A stretch of 64,000 nt of DNA from Octopus sinensis (lineage: Eukaryota). The stretch is from positions 83,142,001 through 83,206,000 of the forward strand of contig NC_042997.1 in assembly GCF_006345805.1 (NCBI RefSeq). Direction: 5' to 3'. Positions 25,790-38,018 of the stretch are shown piece after piece. Numbering within the stretch: position 1 is the stretch's first letter; every line of letters starts with the position of its first letter. The translations under genes were made by a program, and so were the position numbers. A model generated the notes under the pieces. That model worked only from the letters and a program-made list of their open reading frames with translations. It did not search any database and was not told where the DNA came from.

Positions 25790-26560
25790 AGTGAAACTCG
25801 AATCAGATGAAGCTATAGATAACAGCCTTCAACTTTTTCTATTCAAAGCTTTTTTAACCCAACATTTAAACGTTGTTTTTTTTATAACTTTTTCTGCTTC
25901 AAATTTCACCGTTCATCTCCTCCTCGTACTTCTAACTTTTCCAAGATGATAGAAATACCCGTAAATCCCCGTCTCCTTAATTACCTTCAGTTTCTTTCTT
26001 TTCTCAATAACCAGCAGTGAAGTTTCGTACAACCAGATCTACGAAGAATTTCTTCTTTTATCAAACATGCCAATAGTCACTCACCTTCACTCGCTAGCCA
26101 TTTCTATCAAACATTAATTACTCACTTCTGTGAAAATAAGGCCGATGCCCTCAAAATAAGCAAAACACTGAATTCTCTCTGGTCGTCATGAACTCTATTG
26201 CATCTACTGGATCGGAAGTTTCCTGCCAATGTTCATTAACGGGACTGTCTCCAATTAACATTCTATTAACATCAAAGTATGCAAGACATCATTAAAACAT
26301 AGTGTTCGGTTACGAATTCCAAATACCTGCTATTTACAAGCGAGGAATTTCTAATTACACAAACAGCAATACAGTCAATATCAGTTTCACTTTTCCTTAA
26401 CCTTCCGCACTCATGCATTACTCTCATGTAACCCAGTCACTGTGCACTAAGACTTGTACTCCTTCATATAAGAGTGACTTAGGGAACATTCACTCTATTA
26501 ATTTTTCTGCGACAGCGTTGAGGTATATCAAATGAACAGTCATGCACCTTGTCCTACCTA
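25790..26560 (-). mobile_element. Highly decayed LINE endonuclease (APE) region, probably RTE clade
   Basis: Minus-strand pieces resemble the EKEEF and VIGxDFNGHVG APE motifs; many stops and frameshifts. Confidence 0.4.
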
Positions 26561-28657
26561 CACCTGAAGAACAGATATTAAAACCTTCGAAGTCGCTACA
26601 AATCCTAGGACTAGGTCCTTTCATTTATCTTAGTCAGTATGTACAAAATCTTGCGTTATTCTATAATATTTTTATTTGTTTCATTCATTGGACAAAGATC
26701 ATTCTAGAGCACCACCTTGACTGTTTTGGTCGAGCATATCGAATCCAGTAGTATTTAAAACAAATTTTGGCAGCCATCTTATTGATTCTTCTTTTTAGAA
26801 TCAGTAACTTACAATACAGAAAGCGCAATGCGTTCAACATTAAAACAGATATAGGGACAAATACACACACACACACAGACACATAAAGGTACACACAAAA
26901 AAGTATTAGGCTTTAAAAATATAATAAGTACTGAGAGCGATTCATTCGACTGCAATCTTTCAAGGCGGTGCCACAGTATGGCCGCAGTCTCATGACTGAA
27001 ACAAGTAAAAGATAAAAGATAAAAGGTAAAAGATAATCCACCATACAAAATTAGCTTCTGTTCGAATTACATCAAAATCCAAGAAAGTAATAAAGAGGAA
27101 AAAAACTATTCAGGCGATAGGCAAAAATTTACATACCAGCAAGTTTACGATATCTGACTTATATTCCTGCAACGTCAACTCTCTACCTCATCTGGACTTG
27201 CAAAGACCCTTTCGCTCTACAAAGACCTCTTCGCTCTACTCGACACACATGCTTTTCCTCATCTCGATATTTAGCTCACTCTTCACATATTGTTTACTAA
27301 ACACTTTCCTCAATCATCCCTTCCTTCATAGCGCCACTATTCTCTGGAATTTCCTTCATGCCCACGTTTTTTTTTCTTTTTCCTTTTTTCTTGCTGACAG
27401 ATATCTACAGAAATGTAAAGTGAATATCAGCAATTGAGAAAATCTACAAAGTTTTTAGATGCTTCCATTTGTTATTAATAAAATAAAAATTGCTATTCAC
27501 ACGTCTAATCTTTCTATATAGTTGTTTTGTTGATAATTCAGGATAGGCGGGGAAGGACAGTGCTGATATCTATTTGCAGGCTCTTCTGGAGTAGTGAGAG
27601 TAATGCAGCCGATCATAGCTATAGACTTCTGCACGTTAATATTTGCTGGGAAAATGTAAGCACGGGAGTGGTTGTGACGGGGTTCAGCTCGAATGACTGT
27701 AACAGATAATACTGGATTTAGACTTGCTAAGGCTTTAAGCAGCATAAATTTTGGAGCTCTTTATTCAAAATCACGCCAGAAGTTCTCACAAAATCGAAAA
27801 CATAAATTGCTTTTTAGTATTTTGAAACGCTAAACTGTTGTTCGTTTCGCTTATACCTAAATCCGGAACTAGCAACGGAAACGAAGGCGGCTTAACGTTC
27901 GAAAGTCTTAGGAAGAGGTTTGGCACTGCGAATGACGAACGCAAATAATGAACTGTGTTTATTGACGGCGACGACGACAACGATCATGGTGAGGATGATG
28001 ATGATGACGGCGACGACAACGACGATGACGACGACGATAATGATGATGATGATGATGAGAATTAGTTGTAATATTTGTAAATCTACGTTCAAGAAGTGGT
28101 TAAGGCATAAGTAATTCTCGCATAGACAGAAACTAAATGATACAATAGTAACCTGATTTCCAATTCGTGTCGAAATTATTTCACTTTCGTTGATTAAAGC
28201 TCGTTGAGACTGGTAAGAAGTTGCTAACTCACTATTCAGCTATATTCCTATTTCAATCTACATAATATATATATACTATATTAATAAAGCTGCAAAAACA
28301 TCATAAAAAAACTGTTACTCAGAGTTTCACGTTCCCGTTCGTCGGACAGTTTTGGTTGAGAATGGAGCAAAAAAATAAAGTTATATCTATAAATATACAA
28401 TTACATTGATAGATACACATTTGAAATTGGTTATGTTTCATTGGTCCTTTCAACTAACGGTCTTTTCAATAACCGGTTATATGAAATTAAAATTAAAATT
28501 ACGATTTGGGAACGTGAAAGTCTGAATAACAGTTTTTGTGATGTCTTTGTAGTTTATTAAAAAAGCATATTACTCTACCTCCGGTATTCCAGTACTATTT
28601 TTTTCACTTTTTTCATATTTATGTGCTTAACTTTTTCTATTCAAAGCTTTTTTTTTT

Positions 28658-28694
<37 letters not shown>

Positions 28695-28739
28695 ATATAT
28701 ATATATATATATAATATATTAATAAAATAAAATAAAACA

Positions 28740-29560
28740 TATGCATATATATAAACATATATGTACGTACCTACCTCTACATGTACATATACACACATAT
28801 ATGAGTACAGGACACAAAAAGGACGTCGAACACAATGAGAAACGGAAACATAGACACAAACCAAAGAAACTGGACATTTATTTAAAAACAGCAAAAAAAT
28901 AGAGTACAGGACAATTAACACAAAGAAAACCCCCTTCTTCAGTCGCTAAAGATTTCATCTACTCTACGTTTCGAAGGATAAAAGCGAGACGTATCTTCGA
29001 CAAGAAAACTTTCCTTCCTGCGAAAAGCAAATCAATAAAAATTCTGAGATCTTTTCGCAGAGGGGTAAAAAATGGTAAAAACAGGACAGTAACGACAGTA
29101 CAAATTGTAAACAGTAAAGGACAGGACAAGGAAAAACAAGATAAGAAGGGCTGTTGACGCCGAACGAAAAAAAGTATTGCAAACGCAGAATTTTTTATGG
29201 ACGACGAGCGGAGCGAAAAGAAATGTCGTCCATTACCTTGAGAGAGCCAGGCGAGAGAGACAGCAGCGGAAGTGACGTCGTGGGTGAACGACGGGAAGGC
29301 GGAAGTCACGTCGCGGGTGAACGAAGGGAAGGGGGGAGGAGGAGCAAGAGAAAGGGAGAGAAGAAGGGGAATGGCTGCGAGGAAACCATGAAGAATTGAG
29401 AGGGGGAGAGAGAGAGTGAAGAATGAGAGAGAGGAAGAGACAAGTTAAGTAGAGGAAAAGGAAAACAAAGAATGAAGGCTGAGAAAGGGATGGGACAGAA
29501 AGGTTAAGAGTGCGCGTGAGAGTTAATATCAAGATCAAAACTCGATATAAAGAACAATCT
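28740..29560 (-). mobile_element. PLE-like terminal-repeat remnant with GC-rich promoter-like segment
   Basis: T-rich tail ending in (TA)n, TGTCGAAGA...TTCGAAACGT motif at about 28962-29005, purine-rich block and duplicated CGGAAGT(G/C)ACGTC. Confidence 0.45.
29266..29331 (+). promoter_or_regulatory. Tandem 33-bp repeat carrying an ETS-CRE-like composite site
   Basis: GCGGAAGTGACGTCG at 29266 and GCGGAAGTCACGTCG at 29299. Confidence 0.45.
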
Positions 29561-29619
29561 TACTTAGTGGGGTGCGTGCGTTTCATCATATAATATATTA
29601 ATATATATATATATATATG

Positions 29620-30090
29620 CTAGCTGGTGTACCCGGTAATTCCCGGGGGTAAAGCTATTCTATTGAAACGCCTTATTACGCTGATATAAGAAAGCAATTT
29701 CGTTATGACTGCCACAAAAGGTGTATTTTCCGTCACGAAAAAGTACAAAAAAACTGTCAGCTGGAGGAAGAAGAAATTGTTGGAGGTTGGCGAGAGAGGT
29801 TGTCGGAGGTTGGTGAGAGGCAAAGACATTATTCTACTTAGCGAAGGCATCTAGGAATTGTATAACTGCTGTCATTCACAGAAAAACTATTGTTTTACCG
29901 TGAGAAAAGCGCTGTTGCAGTGTTAAGTGAAATTTGGCAATTGAGGATGGAACCCACGCTATGCCTGCATGAAGCCACTACAAATAAGTTGTGGAATAAA
30001 ATCTTTATCTACTGTCATGGAAAAAGTGTAACTGTAAAAATGCAGAATTATCGGAGTAATGGGCATTCAAAAAAGTATCTATGTATAAAA
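29620..30090 (-). mobile_element. Helitron-like non-autonomous element (3' end)
   Basis: Minus strand ends with hairpin cccgggaattaccggg followed by CTAG (29620-29623) next to an AT site; 5' extent uncertain. Confidence 0.45.
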
Positions 30091-30719
30091 ATATATGAAT
30101 GAAGTCTTTAATGTTTAAGATTCAAATTAAGGAAGTGCAATAATAATGTTTAGCAGTTCAAAACTGTGAGTAGTGAAATGTGGGCTGATTAGGTGGGCTG
30201 ATCGTGAGAATCAAATATTGATCGCTTCGCTAAACTCTGCAGGTGGTATGGGTTATTTCCCTTGGGTTATTCAAATAAAATATTAGTAATATGCAGTAGA
30301 TAGAAGAATTCATTGGAAGGGCTCTATTTTTTCAACAATCTAAATATGTCACGAGGTTTCCAGACATGAGTTCTACTCATGTGTCAAATAAAGTATAAAC
30401 GTGATATTGTCTGCAAAAATTAGAACTAGGACACACAAAAAATCAATATTCAATGTAATCGAACATAAACAATGAAATCTATGTCCTAACCTGAGCAGGT
30501 TAGGATATAGATAAGCTTCTGGGAAACACATGTAAGAAGAGAATAGATGACAAAGGAACAAACAATTATCTCAGAAACCCAACTAGTTCACAGCTGCTTC
30601 CACTATAAGATGTGGTGAATGAAACTGTAAAGTGTTACTCAGGCACTCAACTGAGTTCGCCACATCCTATAGTGGAATCAGTTGCAAACAAACAAAGTTT
30701 ATATTCTTGTCAATTCTTT

Positions 30720-30791
<72 letters not shown>

Positions 30792-30817
30792 CTATATATG
30801 TATGTATGTATGTATCG

Positions 30818-31183
30818 TGGCACTCCGTCGGTTGCGACGACGAGGGTTCCAGTTGATCTGATCAACGGAACACCCTGCTCGTGAAATTAACGTGCAGGTG
30901 GCTGAGCACTCCACAGACACGTGCACCCTTAATATAGTTCTCGGGGAAATTCAGCGTGACACAGTGTGACAAGGCTGGCCCCTTGAAATACAGGGACAAC
31001 AGAAACAGGAAGAAAGAGTGAGAGAAAGTTGTGGTGAAAGAGTAGAGCGGAGTTCGCCACCACCGGAGCCTCGTGGAACTTAAGGTGTTTTCCCTCAATA
31101 AACACTCACAACGCCCGGTCTGGGAATCGAAGCCGCGATCCTACGACCACGAATCCGCTGCCCTAACCACTGGGCTATTGTGC
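30818..31183 (-). mobile_element. tRNA-derived SINE, family C
   Basis: Reverse complement of the 16392 head and body. Confidence 0.85.
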
Positions 31184-31205
31184 CGGTGTTGGTGCTGGTG
31201 CTGGT

Positions 31206-31236
<31 letters not shown>

Positions 31237-31429
31237 TTGAGGCTGGGATAGTGGTGTTGGTGATGCTGCTGCTGCTGATGATGATGATGATAGGAAAGGC
31301 AATGGCAGTGAAGATCCTATTGCTGATGAAGTTCATTTTATCAATAATGCGTTGTATTGTCACTAGCATTACTGCTATCGCATCACATATAAATTTCATC
31401 TCTCTATTCCTTTCTCTCTCTCCCTTCCT

Positions 31430-31472
<43 letters not shown>

Positions 31473-31590
31473 GCAAACCCTATTTTATGCCATTTTTTCT
31501 CTCTGTTACACATAGACATACACACATAAATATCAATGCATGTGTGTGCATGCACATGTGTATGTATATATATATATATATGCGTATGTA

Positions 31591-31645
<55 letters not shown>

Positions 31646-32751
31646 ATGTATATATGTATACGTGTATGTATGAATATATATATATGTATGTATATATATG
31701 TGTGTATATATGTATATGTATGACTATCTCTCTCTCTCTCCACACACACATACATATATATATGCATATATGTATTCTAATATATAATTAAGTAAATACA
31801 TATACACGCACGTACACACACATAAATACACACACTCACTCACACGAACACATACAGCTTTGTTTGCGAGCAAAACAATTTAAACATTTTAGATCCCTAA
31901 GTAGCAAAGAACCAAATCAGATGAAAAGCATTGTTTGCAGAAGCAAAACACTTATGAACATTTGCTATCATGGTCTTTCAGGCTTTCATCAATTTCAAGG
32001 ATAGTCTCTCCGAACGCAGAAAATGCGTTTTGAAAGAAAGAAAAAGAATATTTGCGGATGATAGGATACTCTGGTTGAGATCTCTATGCTCAACTGATGG
32101 GAAACTCGATAATTCCATACAATTACTTTACATGTGGGCAAATAGGTAGGGTTAGGTTATATGAAGTATATCTGAAAGTGTTCTCGAAAAGTTTGAGCTA
32201 TATATAGAGGATGTGGTATCAAACTATTCGTTCGTTTGATACCTAAATTGTTAATAGTGTTGGAAAGTACGTAAACTATTTTAAGCAAAATATGCTTTTC
32301 CTATGTAGATGTATTATTGCTGTGCTTTCGTGTGGAGTAGTGTGCAATCTTAAGGACAGCCCTTAGTTATTAATGTAGAAAGGAAAATACATATGTACCA
32401 CTGATGGGCTTCAGAATCCAGAACCCAAATTGAAATTTTAGCTTTCCTACTATGTATGTATGTATGTATGTATGTATGTATGTATGTATGTATGTGTGTG
32501 TGTATGTATGTATGTATGTATGTATGTATGTATGTATGTATGTGTGTATGTATGTATGTATGTATGTATGTATGTATGTATGTATGTATGTGTGTGTGTG
32601 TGTGTGTGTATGCATGCTTGTGTATATTTACATTAAAGAATTATTCAATACATTTGATGGGGTATAAATTTATCATTTCTAAGCAAGAATATTATTGACA
32701 GTGATTTCGAAGTTTTAGCCGGCTTGGCCATCATCAGGATACACACACACA

Positions 32752-32810
<59 letters not shown>

Positions 32811-32854
32811 TAATATGAAAGAATGAAGAAGCAAAACATTTGGTATTTATAGCA

Positions 32855-33259
32855 TGTAGTTCATAATTCAAACATAATTTCAGAGTTGTTAGATTGAATA
32901 AATGATTAAGAAGTTGTGCATAAAGTCTCTTACAGCTGTTTCTGAAATAGCTGTGCATATGGTGCCATTTCCGTCGAGCAAGGATTTCCATATAAAATCC
33001 AACTATACTGCCTCCAGAGTGGAAGAATTAAGGAATATCCTTAACAAAGAATAGTAGTAGTTACCAGTTTCGTCGTCGAAGAAAGATATTCCTTAATTCT
33101 TCGCCTCTCAAGACGTATTTTATTTGGAATTATTTGCTCAAAGAAACATGAACTATATGCACTGCTATTCCAGAAACCAGTGTAAGAGAATTTATGCACA
33201 ACTTCTTGATCCTTTATTTACTCTAGCAACTTTGCAATTATGTTTGAATCATGATTACA
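32855..33259. repeat. Old fold-back inverted repeat (about 180-bp arms, 45-bp spacer)
   Basis: 32855-33039 vs 33085-33259, e.g. aagaagttgtgcataaa / tttatgcacaacttctt and gaagaattaaggaatatc / gatattccttaattcttc. Confidence 0.85.
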
Positions 33260-33470
33260 CCCTCTAAAGTGATACCATATGCCTTGCTTGTCCATGCTTT
33301 CTCTCTAATATATATCTAACCGCCCAGTGATAAACCACTTATAACTATTCATTGTTAGACGGCTACAACACCACTTTTGATTTAGTCACAGTTCAAGTTT
33401 TGTCGGTAAACCAGTCAGAGCACTTACTCAATATACCAATTACATTACGTCACCGGATGCAATTTTTTCT

Positions 33471-33502
<32 letters not shown>

Positions 33503-33512
33503 GCTGCTGCTG

Positions 33513-33557
<45 letters not shown>

Positions 33558-33607
33558 TTACTACTACTACTACTAAACACACAGACACACGCTCACTCAC
33601 ATGTATG

Positions 33608-33641
<34 letters not shown>

Positions 33642-33655
33642 TGTATGTATGTAGG

Positions 33656-33990
33656 TATATATATAAAACTGAGAATGTGTGTGTGTGTATCTGTTTGTCT
33701 GTATGTATGTATGCATATATGTGTGCATCCTTAAAACTCGAGAATTACTCGACCGATTTCATTCAAATTTTACGCATATTTTACTTGGGATCCATGCAGT
33801 GTTATGAGTCAAACAGATTTTTAAGTTCTTGCCTAATGCAAGCCCGGAGCAATCTCTTATCTCTTGCACTATTTCAGTATTACGTATCAAAAGTGAAACA
33901 ATGATAGCTCTATTGTAATGGGAGACAGTACTTTCACTTTTAATACTTTCAATATATATATAATATATACATAGTAAAACTAACCTGAAC
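33656..33990 (+). mobile_element. Helitron/Helentron-like non-autonomous fragment
   Basis: tatatatataaaactgagaatgtgtgtg start, internal microsatellite, ccgatttcattcaaatttt motif. Confidence 0.4.
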
Positions 33991-34096
33991 ATATATATGT
34001 ATATACATATATGTATATATTATTATATTATATATATACAATAATATATTATCTATATATTATATTTATATATATATATATATATATCATATATAC

Positions 34097-34144
<48 letters not shown>

Positions 34145-34147
<3 letters not shown>

Positions 34148-34385
34148 CTGTCCTTGTTGTATATATTCGATCCTTTTTCCAAGAAATCTAATGCTCGCAG
34201 CTTAGTTTTTCCTTGGGGCTGGCCGGATCGGAGCGATATCAGGATTAATCAGCCGAAATTTGCTAGGATGATCCAGTTCCTAACTGAATATTGGAGGCTT
34301 CGAATGACCCGTCCGTTTTTTGTGTCGTCTCTTTGTGTATTTTGCGTTCTTGTCCCATTCTGTATTTTTATATATAATTTTTATA
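34145..34385 (+). mobile_element. PLE-like terminal-repeat family P4 (also 39590-39715 -, 56705-57754 +, 61315-62100 -)
   Basis: Shared aagaaatcta..gcttagtttt..ggctggcc..cagccgaaatt..ctgaRga..gcttcgaatg consensus; copies end in (TA)n. Confidence 0.55.
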
Positions 34386-34455
34386 CATATTATATATATA
34401 TATATATATATGTATGTGTATGTATATATATATGTGTGTATGTATGTATGTATAT

Positions 34456-34491
<36 letters not shown>

Positions 34492-34664
34492 ATATATATA
34501 TACATATATGTATATATATGTATAGTATATATATATGTGTGTACATATATGTATATATATATGTAATATATATGTACGTATATATATGCATATATATATT
34601 TATGTACATATATATATTTAGTATGCATGTATATATGAGTATATATATATATATATATATATAA

Positions 34665-34952
34665 TGGTGGCGCAATGGCCCAATGGTTAGGACAGCGGAC
34701 TCGCGGTCGGACGATCGCGGTTTCGATTCCCAGACCGGGCGTTGTGTGTGTTTATTAAAAGCTCCACGAGGCTCCGGCAGGGGGGGGATCCCTGCTGTAC
34801 TCTTTCACCACTCTTTCTCTCACTCTTTCTTCTGTTGGCCGGCTCGCTTAGCCAGCGGGGTGGCGTCATTCAAAAGCTAAAACAATGCGAACGCATTGTA
34901 ACCAGCGATGCGTAACAACATCTGATGGTCTGGTCGATCACGTGATCACGTG

Positions 34953-34960
<8 letters not shown>
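34665..34960 (+). mobile_element. tRNA-derived SINE, family C head with a different tail
   Basis: ggcgcaatggcccaatggttaggacagcggactcgcggtc head; tail ends gatcacgtgatcacgtgat. Confidence 0.8.
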
Positions 34961-34988
<28 letters not shown>

Positions 34989-35452
34989 GTTGTTGGCATA
35001 TGTTGTTGGCATCCTTTTGTCTCGGGAGACACTGGAGTTGCGCATAAAATAATCCAGTCTGGTTTTTAGATTTCATGCTCTTTACATCTCCTGCTGTGGC
35101 TGTGTAGTCGTCTGGCAGGTGACGCAGATGTAGCGAAGACTTTGCCTGGCTGGTTGTAATGTCGTCTGCTACTTTTTACAGCAGCACTGAAGTGTCCTCT
35201 CCAGTTTTGCGCAGGCCTGGGCTAGATGTAAAAAAAATCCTTGGTTGCAGGAACTGCCTGAAGAGTATCGAGTCGAACACTAAGCAGCCTACGGGGCTCC
35301 ACTCCGAATTTCTTTGAAGGTTGTCTACTTTCCGTAACCATGGGTAGGAGCCCATACCGGATACTGTCAACCGGGGCCAGCGGAGCCCGGAACTCGTGTC
35401 AGCCAGGGACGTCACTCCCTGAAGTAGTAAAGAAAATCGCTACCCCTACCAT
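34989..35452 (-). mobile_element. Bipartite, internally deleted RTE derivative
   Basis: 34989-35170 matches the 3' end of the RTE at 62305-62480. 35170-35452 is GC-rich, with a short ORF MVTESRQPSKKFG, and is inferred to be the RTE 5' end. (TA)n on both sides. Confidence 0.65.
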
Positions 35453-35497
35453 AATATATACATAATATTATATATAAGTGAGAGAGTTGGTATATAT

Positions 35498-35541
<44 letters not shown>

Positions 35542-35605
35542 GGTCCCGGGTTGATTCGGGATACCCACAGTAAATAAGGTACTCAATACATAGCAGAGTT
35601 AAATT

Positions 35606-35944
35606 AATTATTATATAGAAGGAGCTTCTACAGGACTAGAACTGTTTCTTCAAGAGAAATCATCAGGAAGCTAGTTAACAGAATTGTATTGGCATTTTAC
35701 ATTTGGCAGGTTTAAAGGGGTGGTGGTGGGGGACTTTTTGGGGGTAGGCATAGCGCAAAATAATCATACTTGGGGGAGTGGTCAAGGAGTCAGTGGTAAA
35801 TTAGATAAAGAATAAATAAAAGAATAAAAAATGTATATAAGAATAGAGTTTTAGGTAAATAAGGAGATTCTCACTTATACATATACACATATGTATATAT
35901 ATACACACACACACATATACATACACACATACATATACACACAC

Positions 35945-35989
<45 letters not shown>

Positions 35990-35990
35990 C
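35606..35990 (-). repeat. Left arm of a local inverted duplication (PLE-like terminus + flanking microsatellite)
   Basis: Reverse complement of about 37590-37963, including the irregular (TA/CA) flank. Confidence 0.9.
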
Positions 35991-36157
35991 ATATATATAC
36001 ATATACATGTATATATATATATATATATACACACATGTATATATACACACACGCCCACACATACATATACACACAAAAAATTATACATACACACACATAC
36101 CACACACACATACACACACATATCTACATACACACATGCACACACAAGTCCATATAT

Positions 36158-36232
<75 letters not shown>

Positions 36233-36233
<1 letters not shown>

Positions 36234-36916
36234 AAATATTAGTTATCGCCATACTAATATGGCATTCTTATAAAAATAAGAAAAAAGCTGACCGCTTATT
36301 AGCTCCATGAGGCCATCGCCTAAGTTAGCTATTTGATACACAAACTGTATCCATATAACCTTTGAACAAGGGAGGTCAGTCGCTCCACACTACTACTTGG
36401 CCGCAGCTACAGACGCGTTTCGGGGTATTGCCCCTTTTCAATGCAGCGTAGCCAAACCAGTAGGTGTCGCTTCCGACAATCTCTGTTCAAAGGTTTTATT
36501 TACCTAGCTTCGGTGAATACATCCACTTGTTTTCAATAATAGAAATATTAAAATTACTAAGTCTCTCTAAAAGAGAACAACGGCAGCGTTCCCGGAAAAT
36601 ATTAGTTATCGCCATACTAATATGGCATTCTTATAAAAATAAGAAAAAAGCTGACCGCTTATTAGCTCCATGAGGCCATCGCCTTAAGTTAGCTATTTGA
36701 TACACAAACTGTATCCATATAACCTTTGAACAAAGGTTATACAGTTTGTGTGATCAAATAGCTAACTTAAGGCGATGGCCTCATGGAGCTAATAAGCGGT
36801 CAGCTTTTTTCTTATTTTTATAAGAATGCCATATTAGTATGGCGATAACTAATATTTTCCAGGAACGCTGCCGTTGTTCTCTTTTAGAGAGACTTAGTAA
36901 TTTTAATATTCTATTA
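36233..36916 (-). mobile_element. Penelope-like pseudo-LTR remnant: partial tandem repeat plus inverted segment, containing a hammerhead motif
   Basis: 363-bp period (36233-36369 repeated at 36596-36733); 36537-36728 inverted at 36731-36916; minimal hammerhead at 36406-36447; (TA)n on both sides. Confidence 0.75.
36406..36447 (-). ncRNA. Minimal type I hammerhead ribozyme motif, U3-A8 variant
   Basis: GCUGCA-UUGAAAA-GGGG-CAAUA-CCCC-GAAA-CGCG-UC-UGUAGC: stem I (6 bp), stem II (4 bp), palindromic loop III, GUC site. Confidence 0.8.
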
Positions 36917-37589
36917 TATATATATATAATATATATATCTATATATATATATATATATACTATATATATAATATATATATATACATACATATGTGTACCT
37001 ATACATACCTACACATACACACATATACATACAAATACAAACCCATTCCCTAATTTTAATTTTATTATTATCTTCATTTATTACTTTTGTTATCTTTGAC
37101 CGCGGGTCACAAGCATCTTGGCTATCGTCCCCCTGGGGACGACAGCAAGTCCATTTATCTTTCTACTCGAACACAAGCACTCACTCACGCACGCACACTC
37201 ATTCGCACGCACACTCACTCATTCGTACACTCATACACATACACGCACGCACGCGTTATATTCATACATACATACATCTACATACATTCACATATATACA
37301 CATACGTACGCGTACCTACAGATTCATGTCTACACGCTTACACATACATACCTCAATACACCCACAGAAGACTAGTCCATACATATACACCAATAAATAT
37401 ATATACACACATACATATACACCTACATACAAATACATATATACAAATATATATATATATATATGTATATGTATGTATATGTATGTGTATGTATGCGCGT
37501 AAATGTATGTATATGTATATGTGTGGGTGTGTGTATGTGTATATATGTATGTATGTATGGGTGTATGTATATGTATGTATATATACGTA

Positions 37590-37594
37590 TATAA

Positions 37595-37629
<35 letters not shown>

Positions 37630-37963
37630 GTGTGTATATGTATGTGTGTATGTATATGTGTGTGTGTATATATATACATATGTGTATATGTATAAGTGAG
37701 AATCTCCTTATTTACCTAAAACTCTATTCTTCTATACATTTTTTATTCTTTTATTTATTCTTTTATCTAATTTACCACTGACTCCTTGACCACTCCCCCA
37801 AGTATGATATTTTTGCGCTATGCCTACCCCCAAAAAGTCCCCCACCACCACTCCTTTAAACCTGCTTAAATGTATAAATGCCAATACAATTCTTGTTAAC
37901 TAGCTTCCTGATGATTTCTCTTGAATGAAACAGTTCTAGTCCTGTAGAAGCTCCTTCTATATA
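37590..37963 (+). repeat. Right arm of the local inverted duplication
   Basis: See 35606-35990; contains CTGATGA...GAAA at 37908-37930. Confidence 0.9.
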
Positions 37964-37964
37964 A

Positions 37965-38018
<54 letters not shown>

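Noticed and set aside
27542-27656. Plus-strand exon candidate (cag|...|gtaagc)
   Set aside because: Only one open frame, with no recognisable protein and no partner exons.
35330-35452. HDV or twister ribozyme at the mini-RTE 5' end
   Set aside because: Pairings exist, but the order and conserved residues do not fit either consensus.
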